From NCBI GenBank assembly GCA_054661495.1, contig BAAFSQ010000211.1, positions 1-17,375 on the forward strand: DNA of 17,375 bases. The letters are read 5' to 3'. Positions 1 to 8,813 of the stretch are shown one piece after another; the first letter of the stretch is position 1, and each line of letters starts with the position of its first letter. The stretch is from Zygophlyctis sp. KS116 (lineage: Eukaryota; Fungi; Chytridiomycota). Under the pieces are notes generated by a model. The model saw only the letters and a program-made list of their open reading frames with translations, searched no databases and was not told the DNA's origin. The position numbers were made by a program, and so were the translations under genes.

Positions 1-391
1 TGCCTCTACTCAGTTTAGCTCAAGGCACTACGAATAGCACTGGCTCTACAAACATTCCTGCTCTTTCTCGTGAATGCTGGGAAGCAGCACTATCTGTAGC
101 AATCTCCTGCCTCCCTCAAATGCAGGAATTGTCAAAGATAAGAATGACGACTTGTGCAACCATTGATCAGTGTACTCCCGATCAAAGAAAAGACATTTGT
201 CAAAAGAACAATGAAGTCTTGAAATGGTAAGTTAATCTACACTGATATCTAGTTACGAGCCAGTTATGAGAGCCTGCCAATCATATAAATCATCAGATCT
301 TGAAGTTTTACAGCAAAGATGTTCTTCAGCAGCAGCGACAGTAAGAATGAAATTGTCTATTCTAGGATTACTAGTTTCATTAGTTTTATAA
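1..391 (+). CDS. Small secreted 8-cysteine protein with predicted GPI-anchor signal (5' partial)
   Basis: Frame 3 is open from the window edge. Removing intron 227-252 (26 nt, GTAAGT..TAG) gives PLLSLAQGTTNSTGSTNIPALSRECWEAALSVAISCLPQMQELSKIRMTTCATIDQCTPDQRKDICQKNNEVLKCYEPVMRACQSYKSSDLEVLQQRCSSAAATVRMKLSILGLLVSLVL*. It shows the tail of a signal-peptide-like segment, 8 Cys, a small-residue SSAAA omega-like site and a hydrophobic C-terminus. Not in the ORF track. Confidence 0.7.
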
Positions 392-446
392 TACATAAAT
401 TATCAATCGTTAGACTTTAAAGTTAGGTTGACTATAAGGCTAAAAA

Positions 447-774
447 ATGAGCCGACGACCAGTTTCTAATCCATTTAAATCATTAGAATCTGAGAATGAT
501 GACTCTGTAAATCATTTATCTTCTAGAGTAAATGTCCTTAAACAAGTAATTTCTTTAATCTAAACCAGAGATTTCTTTAGACATTAATGAAGAAGTTTTT
601 GTTCAACAGCAAATGCTTGAAGAAATGGAATTAGACATGTTAAAATCAGACTCTCTCCTATCAAAAACCATGAGAAATTTAAATATCATGATCAAAACAC
701 AATCGTCCGGATGGATGTGGACAATGTTAATTTTTATATTTTTAACTTGCATTTACCTCTACTTTAGATTTTAA
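447..774 (+). CDS. BET1: Qc-SNARE Bet1-like protein, 100 aa
   Basis: Exons 447-545 and 571-774; intron 546-570 (25 nt, ends GAG). MSRRPVSNPFKSLESENDDSVNHLSSRVNVLKQ|ISLDINEEVFVQQQMLEEMELDMLKSDSLLSKTMRNLNIMIKTQSSGWMWTMLIFIFLTCIYLYFRF*. Matches the Bet1 pattern LE.eND...L..kV..LK.isi.I..E, followed by a SNARE coil and a C-terminal TM anchor. Not in the ORF track. Confidence 0.85.
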
Positions 775-1038
775 ATTTGATAAAGAGAGACTTGCAATCA
801 CCAGAACCACACCTGAATAAAACACCATTTTAAACAAGAATTTTAGCATTTTTAGAGATTTTATAAATAGAGATTTTAGAATTTTGTAAATTATTAGTGA
901 AAACAAGAGTAAATACAAGACTTTAGTTAGATTTGGAAATTCTTTGAAAAGAGTATAATTTAATTTAAATGCTTGTCCCAGGAATTCTTGTACAAGAACA
1001 TAAAACTCTGGGATGACAGAGTCCCTAAAAAGAGACAT
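742..1038 (-). CDS. Small two-TM membrane protein, Apq12-like (nuclear envelope/NPC biogenesis)
   Basis: 98-aa ORF with an A-rich start context. FPNLTKVLYLLLFSLIIYKILKSLF...LKFLFKMVFYSGVVLVIA resembles the Apq12 TM/amphipathic helix/TM pattern, recognised from memory. Its 3' end overlaps the BET1 CDS. Confidence 0.5.
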   Translation of the reverse strand: MSLFRDSVIPEFYVLVQEFLGQAFKLNYTLFKEFPNLTKVLYLLLFSLIIYKILKSLFIKSLKMLKFLFKMVFYSGVVLVIASLSLSNLKSKVEVNAS

Positions 1039-1099
1039 TTGACGTTTTTGCAGTAGGGCTAAAACCTAGACAAACCTAAATTTTAAAGAGAAAGCTTAA

Positions 1100-1342
1100 A
1101 TGAAACAATTATCATCCACACTGTCATCCATGAAATTCATGAAAAATCCTAGAGTAGATTCCACTCCTACAATTTCAGACTCTGATTTTATTCTGGAAAA
1201 TAAAAAAAGGTAGGAGAGAAATCCTTTAAAATCTAGAATAAAGAGAGAATCTAGTTTTATCCCATTTATTCTCCAAAAAGAAAAGTTTGTGAATGCAAGA
1301 TTTACTTTTAAGAAATCAGTAGTAGAAGCAGGTAACTCTTAA
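1100..1342 (+). CDS. Mpp6-like nuclear exosome cofactor, minimal 71 aa
   Basis: Exons 1100-1209 and 1237-1342; intron 1210-1236 (27 nt). MKQLSSTLSSMKFMKNPR...KR|IKRESSFIPFILQKEKFVNARFTFKKSVVEAGNS*. LSxxLxxMKFM is the Mpp6/MPHOSPH6 N-terminal motif, and ARFTFK resembles its GRxSF motif. Not in the ORF track. Confidence 0.6.
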
Positions 1343-1971
1343 TCCTTCAATTCCTGCTTTTCTAGATAAAATAATTTTACTCTTTAGTCCAAATTCTGCC
1401 ATCATTTCTTGAATTTCAGAATTCTTGTTTTCTTTAATAGTTACTAAATAGAAATGTCCGCTATCACTCAAGAGTTTTACAATGTCTGGAATCATTCTAT
1501 CAAGAACTATTATATTAAATTAGAATTGATACCTTGTCTTCCATCGATACCTCCTGCCCACGCACGACTATGATCACCAATCTCTAAAGGACTAGTGACT
1601 ACATAGGGAGGATTAAATATAATTAGATCAATCTTTTTATAAAATTGTAAAGATAGAAATCCAAGATCATTACCACAAATTACATTAATGTTACTGATTT
1701 GATTAAGTTGGGCTGTTGATAATGTACATTTACATGCTTGAGGATTAATATCAGTACAAAACATTATAGGCTTAAACGATAATAATTGTGAAATAAATGT
1801 TGATATAATTCCAGATCCAGAGCCTATTTCTAAAGTAATTAAAGGACAAATGGTATTTAATTCAGACTGATTGGATTCTAATGCATCTAATAAGAGAAAT
1901 GAATCTTCTGCCGGGTCATAGACTGTTGGATACTCTTTTAATGAGTATAATGGAGTTTTCATGTAATTCAT
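1316..1971 (-). CDS. MTQ2: HemK-family eRF1 glutamine methyltransferase (Mtq2/N6AMT1)
   Basis: Motifs VYDPAEDSFLLLDALE, LEIGSGSGIIS, FNPPYV and AWAGGIDGR. Intron 1507-1532 (26 nt) joins GRQ|VLDRMIPDIVKLLSDSGHFYLVTIKEN...SRKAGIEGLRVTCFYY*. About 209 aa; start at 1971 or 1962. Confidence 0.93.
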
Positions 1972-2210
1972 ACTCTAAACTCTAACCTTGCACATTTAGT
2001 TGGCGGTGAGCAGTTTATTATGGCTGTGTAAATTATCAATAGTCTAATGTAGGGATTGTAGGAAATGGATCATCTCTCATGCGGCAAAGAATTGAAAATT
2101 AAAAATTAGGAAATTATTAGGAATGATGATCTTTCAGTCTCCTGAATGCCCTTGGTAAGTTTTGGGTCAAAGTGTTTTGATAAACGTTTGTGGCGTACAA
2201 AAAAAAATAA

Positions 2211-3649
<1,439 letters not shown>

Positions 3650-3691
3650 ACACTAGTTTTCATAATTTTCATTTATTAAATGAATAGAAGC

Positions 3692-4564
3692 TTAATTTCC
3701 TTTGAAATACTTTTCTTGTACAATTTGATCATGATTTTCCACATCTTGTATTGAAGCTACAGTCTCCATGATTGAATTATTACCACTTGTTAATCCACCA
3801 TAAACATAACCATTAGCTTTATCAATCAATTTAGCAATATGTAAAACTGAATCCGGATCATCAATAGCCAAAGTTTCAAATCCTACTAGTCCAAATTCCT
3901 GTACAACTTGAGCAATTGCAGATCCCAAAGCTATAAAGCCTTTTGGAACCTTTACATCTTGTTGTAAAGCAGTCACAATATAATTCAAATCTTGAACTTG
4001 AGTATAAAAATCCAAATTAAAGGCTAATTTCCCATATGATTCCATTAAATCCACTTTTGAAAGTACATTTATCGTTGGTAATTCTATTTGAAGCATTGAT
4101 TGTAGTGATAATAACAGCATTGATATATATCTTGACAAATCTACACAATGATAAGAATCCAACAAGTGAACTGATACTAATCTTATATCTATCTTTTGTA
4201 ATGCAATGATGATATTTTTAAGTGAAGAATGATGTGTAAATAACTCTACTTGCCCCGGACAGTCAATCAAGAAATACTGATCTTTATGATCCTTGACTAT
4301 ATCCAACAACCAGTCTATATTAGCTTCTAAAAATTCCATGCAGTAAATCAATGCAGCATTCGGCCCCAACTTATATTCCTCTACAACTTTTTCCAATGAC
4401 ACCAACTCTGAGATATCCAAATCAAACTCTACAAATTCATTTGCAGGATCTAAATTTATAGTAAACACTTTCCGACCGCTAGATTTGTATAGTCCAGCAA
4501 ACCGTTGTATGAATGTAGTCTTTCCAGATCCTGGCGGCCCAATCAACAATTGACCAAATGCCAT
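3692..4564 (-). CDS. GPN2: GPN-loop GTPase 2 (RNA polymerase assembly/import), 290 aa
   Basis: MAFGQLLIGPPGSGKTT, INLDPAN, LGPNAALIYCMEFL, DCPGQVELFTHH, NVLSKVDL, IDKANGY. The family N-terminus puts the start at ATG 4564, not the track's 4663. No intron needed. Confidence 0.95.
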   Translation of the reverse strand: MAFGQLLIGPPGSGKTTFIQRFAGLYKSSGRKVFTINLDPANEFVEFDLDISELVSLEKVVEEYKLGPNAALIYCMEFLEANIDWLLDIVKDHKDQYFLIDCPGQVELFTHHSSLKNIIIALQKIDIRLVSVHLLDSYHCVDLSRYISMLLLSLQSMLQIELPTINVLSKVDLMESYGKLAFNLDFYTQVQDLNYIVTALQQDVKVPKGFIALGSAIAQVVQEFGLVGFETLAIDDPDSVLHIAKLIDKANGYVYGGLTSGNNSIMETVASIQDVENHDQIVQEKYFKGN

Positions 4565-4589
4565 TTCAAATTTTACTAAAAAAAGAGAA
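4565..4589. promoter_or_regulatory. 25-nt spacer between the divergent GPN2 and PAM16 start codons
   Basis: The minus ATG ends at 4564 and the plus ATG begins at 4590; the spacer is TTCAAATTTTACTAAAAAAAGAGAA. A promoter role is inferred from position only. Confidence 0.5.
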
Positions 4590-4993
4590 ATGAATCCGCT
4601 AATTATTGCAAAAGTAATCAAAGTTGCAACTACAGGAGCCAGAATGGTTGGAATTGCATTCATGGATGCTTATAGAGCAGCTGCAAAAGGTAATTTTTCT
4701 AGAATTTATTATTAGCAAATGCTGAATCTATTGCATCTGGAAGTGCTCATAGAGCAGCATTAGATAAATCAGCTAATCAAGGAACAAGAATGTCAGGAAT
4801 GGAATTAAGAGAAGCATTACTCATATTAAATATAGAAAAAGGAGCATCTGTGGAACAAATTAAAGAAAAATATGAAAATATGTTTAAAGCAAATGATCCA
4901 AACAATGGCGGATCATTATATTTACAAGCAAAGGTATTTAGAGCAAAGGAAAGAATAGACTATGAGAATAAAAATCCCTCTAAAGAGGTTTAA
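4590..4993 (+). CDS. PAM16: Mitochondrial import motor J-like subunit Pam16/Tim16, 125 aa
   Basis: Exon 1 (4590-4689) reads MNPLIIAKVIKVATTGARMVGIAFMDAYRAAAK. Intron 4690-4715 (26 nt). The J-like domain reads GMELREALLILNI...YENMFKANDPNNGGSLYLQAKVFRAKERI. Confidence 0.93.
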
Positions 4994-5110
4994 ATTTATC
5001 TTGTTGAGTCTAATCTACTTAAGTAGTCTAATCAAAGTAGTCTAAAAAAATAAAAATAGAAATAAGAAAAGTAAATCTTTTAATCTCAAACTTGGTTTAT
5101 TCTAAATTGT

Positions 5111-5671
5111 CTAAATTGGCAATCCAACTGAACTTGTCCCTGTAATCCATCTTGTCAATTTACTTAATCCAGATGTCCCTCCAGGAGCATATGATCCCAT
5201 ATACCATATTAAAGCAATCAATTGAATGCAACTACATAATATAGTCATTATATAATTAGATTCTCTTCCAAGAGAAAAATATAATGTAAGTAATAATGAT
5301 CCAATATATATTGTAGAGAATGGCCATCTTTCCTTTGAAAATACATGAAATAAATGAGTTTTAAATCCATTTATAAAAGCTGAAGATATAATTGCTAATA
5401 ATGATCCAAAAGTAAATGGAATAGCAAATTTAGATGGTGATAGTATAATCATTGGTAGAGAAATTAAAGAGACTAAAAAACAAAAGATTGAAAGACCAAT
5501 GATACCAATAAACGCAGTATAGCGTTGAACTCTTCCCAAACCACAATAATCATCTGATGTTGGGATGATTGGCACTGTATTATTGTTTGTAGGTAGAGAA
5601 GAGTAACTAGATCTATTATTAGAACTAAAAGCTCGCAAAGACTCTCTAAAAGACTTTTCAGATAGAGACAT
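5111..5671 (-). CDS. SFT2: Sft2/Got1-family tetraspan Golgi vesicle transport protein, 186 aa
   Basis: GLGRVQRYTAF, PSKFAIPFTFGSLL, HVFSKERWPFSTIYIGSLLLTLYFS, QLIALIWYMGSYAPGGTSGL; four hydrophobic segments. Confidence 0.92.
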   Translation of the reverse strand: MSLSEKSFRESLRAFSSNNRSSYSSLPTNNNTVPIIPTSDDYCGLGRVQRYTAFIGIIGLSIFCFLVSLISLPMIILSPSKFAIPFTFGSLLAIISSAFINGFKTHLFHVFSKERWPFSTIYIGSLLLTLYFSLGRESNYIMTILCSCIQLIALIWYMGSYAPGGTSGLSKLTRWITGTSSVGLPI

Positions 5672-5926
5672 GAGTGCTAGGTTAATGAATAAGTTGGAGA
5701 CTACAGTTGAGAATTGTTTGTCAAATGCTCTAGTAAAAGTTGGAATTGGAGCATCAGTCGGAGTTGCAATATCTCTTGCACTTTATAAAAAACGTCCTGT
5801 TTGGCCAATAGCTGCAAGTGCTGGTTTTGGACTTGGAAATGCTTACTCTGAATGCAATTTGTAATTTTCTAATTTTATTTAAAAACTAGAGCCATGAATC
5901 TAAACTCTAATTTTAAAGAAATTTAG
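5670..5926 (+). CDS. MIC10: MICOS complex subunit Mic10, about 75 aa
   Basis: CLSNALVKVGIGASVGVAISLALYKKRPVWPIAASAGFGLGNAYSECN has two GxGxG TM segments around a KKR loop. A likely intron at 5861-5889 (29 nt) adds LAMNLNSNFKEI*. Alternative start ATG at 5685. Confidence 0.88.
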
Positions 5927-5930
5927 GAAT

Positions 5931-6376
5931 TTATTCATTTTCTACATCCAAATCAACCTTTTCTAATCCTAAATTCCCTTTAGATCCAATGAGAAAGAGA
6001 TGACAGGTTTCTAGAGCAGTTGTAGAATATGGAGTGTTTGCAGGGATTTGAGTATAAGTTCCTGGTTTTACTATTCTAGAACCATTTTTAAAAGATAATA
6101 GTAGAGATCCAGATAAACAAATCAATTCTATATCACAGGTTCTATATAAAAGAGACTGTTTAGAACCTTTAATGTACTTGACATGGGCTCTAAATCCTCT
6201 TTCAGGAGATTTTAAACAAGGAGAAATTGTGGCACCTGGAAATCTATAATTCTTAAAAAAGAAACTTACAATTTGGATTCTACTAGAGTAGATTCATTCC
6301 AATCAAAGGATTTAGGTTTTCCAGGAATAGCAAAGTCTATAGAATTGTCAAAATCTGTATTTTCACTTCCCAACAT
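5931..6376 (-). CDS. Single-domain RmlC-like cupin protein, 139 aa, function unknown
   Basis: ATG at 6376; intron 6244-6269 (26 nt). MLGSENTDFDNSIDFAIPGKPKSFDWNESTLVESKL|FPGATISPCLKSPERGFRAHVKYIKGSKQSLLYRTCDIELICLSGSLLLSFKNGSRIVKPGTYTQIPANTPYSTTALETCHLFLIGSKG... contains the cupin pattern E-x-x-x-LSG and VKPGxYxxIPANTP. Confidence 0.7.
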
Positions 6377-6464
6377 TTTACTTAAAATGACCTTGACCTG
6401 ATTTTAGGCTTTTTTTTAACTCTAGAGTCTAATTACTGCTTACAGTAACTAGTAGCCTATTCTA

Positions 6465-6488
6465 TTTAGAAATTTAGAAATTTAGAAT
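6465..6488 (+). repeat. Short tandem repeat (TTTAGAAA)x3, last copy imperfect
   Basis: tttagaaa tttagaaa tttagaat in the cupin/TPR-SET divergent intergenic region. Confidence 0.6.
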
Positions 6489-6498
6489 TCCAGTACAT

Positions 6499-8717
6499 AT
6501 GCACAATACAGAAGAAACAGAGTACTTGAGTCGCGTTTTCAGGTTTAGGTCTGTGGTAATGGCTACTGCAAATCTACAAGAAATATTTGGAAGTGCTCGT
6601 GAAAAGTTTAAATCTGCTTTAAAGTCTAAAGGCAAAATTAATGATAATAAACCCTCTATTGATACTCTTAGAAAGCGTCATAGATTTACAACAGCTGAAA
6701 TTAAGAAAAATAAAGGTATTTAGAATTACAACTCAAGATTCAAGGTCTAGGTCAAAAGACTACGTTTTCCCATTTTGATGAATTTAGGATTTCTAATAGA
6801 GATTTAGAGGAACTTTCTCCAATGACAATGTCAGATCTTAGGTTGGAAACTTGGCATAAAGGGTTTTATCTGATTTGTCAAACAATAGAACCGCCAAATG
6901 CATTAGATTCTGTTGTGACGCTGGTTCAGGATAAGGTTGGGGGTGTTGAAGTTGTTGGAGTTTGGTTCTTGGATAATTACTCACAATTTTTAGCTCCTGG
7001 ATCTATACTTATTATCAAGGAACCTTACTATAAAACACTAGGGGATTCTGCATTGATTCGAGTGGATTCTCCCTCAAATATTATTAAAGTTTTTCGCGAT
7101 GACTGTTTATATAACAAGTTTTGTATAAACAAGGTTGAATGGAAACATATTGCGAATGAATACATTGATAGAGTTTTTGACTCTCCTGTTCCAGACACTC
7201 CTGAAAAATGGAAATTTAGAGGAAATCAATTGTATCTGAAAAAGTGTTATTCGGATGCTTTAATTGCGTATTCTAGAGGGATTGATTATTTAGAAAGAGA
7301 TTTGAATAATTCAGATTTATGGAAAATATTGAAATTGAATAAGGCGGCTTGCTTGATTTCTCTCAAGAGATATGATACGGCTATTGGAGATCTTTATCAA
7401 GTTTTAGAGGTAGATCCTAAAAGTGAAAAGGCTCTTTATAGGGCTGGTAAATGTTTGTACAGTCTTGGAAAGTATAATGATGCGCTATCTGCATTTTCAA
7501 AGCTTCATGAATACTATCCTAGTGATAATATTATACAAGAGATTGAAAGAACAATGTGCCGTTGCAAGGAAGTAGAATTTGGGAAATATGATTTTGTAAA
7601 AATGTACAATGAAGCTCAAAAATCAAATACACCAGACTTGGACTATGCAAATTATACTGGACCAATTCAAATCCAAGACCTGCCAGGAAAAGGCCGGGGT
7701 ATTGTTGCGTCTCAAGATATCAGTCCTGGAACATTATTAATTGCTGCTAAAGCTTTTGCTGTTGTTTATGGAACAGAAACTGATTCGATTAATAATTGTA
7801 TACACCTTAATATTTCCAGTAATAAGGTTATATCACCTCAACAATATCAATTAATATCTAGAATTTTAGCAAGAATGGAAAATAATCCTTCTCTTTCTCC
7901 CTCTGTGTACCAACTCTGCTCAGGAAATGAAAATGAATCTTTTACTAATTTTGAAAGTAATGTATTGGATCCGAATTTAATTGACAAGATTTGTCAAATG
8001 AATGCATTTTCTTTGGAACATTTTGGTGCTAGTAATTCACTTGAATATTTACATGATTCATGTGCTTTATTCACCAGTCCTACTTGTTTCTTGAATCATT
8101 CTTGTGAACGTAATGCCTCTAGAATGTTTATTGGTGATTTTATATTTATTCATGCATCTGTTCATATCAGTAAAGGCTCAGAAATTCTAATTTCTTACAT
8201 TAACCCAGTCGAAACATATTCACGAAGAAAGTATTTACTTAAAGACTATGGTTTCTCTTGCGACTGTAAGTTTTGTCTTGAAGATAAAAACATGAATGTT
8301 TCTCTACTTGATACTTGGAATACCAATGTATTGCCTAGATTAGAAGCTGGCGATTATTCAATACTAGAAAATGCTACACAATTATTGGAATCACTAAAGT
8401 CTCAAGTTTCTCAAAACTCATTGGGAGAGAATGATTTATTTCTTCCTATTGTAGCACTTGGATCACTTTATGAGCGGATTGGAAAGATTGAATCTGCTAA
8501 TGAATTGTACAAGTCTGTATTTAACCACAAATTCTTACCTGATTTATCTATTCATTGTGCTCTACATGTATCTCTAAATTATTATATTCTCAAAGACTAT
8601 AAATCTTCCCAAAAGTGGCTCTATAAGGCTCAAACTCTTGGATATGAAATATTTGGACTTGAATCTCAAATGTTTAAAATACTTTATAGTGATTTTACCA
8701 AAGACTTGGAATTTTAG
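6499..8717 (+). CDS. TPR + SET domain protein lysine methyltransferase (SMYD-like architecture), about 710-730 aa
   Basis: TPR region: WKFRGNQLY...ALIAYSRGI, LNKAACLISLKRY, KALYRAGKCLYSLGKY. SET motifs: GKGRGIVAS, FLNHSCERNA, EILISY, and post-SET FSCDCKFC. Exon 1 starts at ATG 6499 or 6559 and joins via intron 6716-6744 (29 nt, AAG) or 6716-6750 (35 nt, TAG); both keep frame. Confidence 0.85.
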
Positions 8718-8813
8718 TCTAGAACTGGTGAATCATGTAATTCATAATATATTTAAGAGATTTGAGATTTATGATGATAGTCTGTTAAATTTTCCTGAAA
8801 TTGGAATATTTGA

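Noticed and set aside
2123-2145. Possible box C/D snoRNA (ATGATGA at 2123, CTGA at 2142)
   Set aside because: The boxes are only 12 nt apart, and I see no downstream D box or terminal stem.
4565-4663. 33-aa hydrophobic N-terminal extension of GPN2 in the ORF track
   Set aside because: It is largely the antisense of PAM16 exon 1, and GPN2 homologs begin at the M-x-FGQ motif (ATG 4564).
5015-5044. 12-bp palindrome CTACTTAAGTAG and duplicated AAGTAGTCTA between PAM16 and SFT2
   Set aside because: Too short to support a MITE, transposon footprint or terminator in AT-rich DNA.
6388-6399. AGGTCAAGGTCA (minus strand) read as a nuclear-receptor response element
   Set aside because: Nuclear receptors are animal-specific; kept only as a generic motif candidate.
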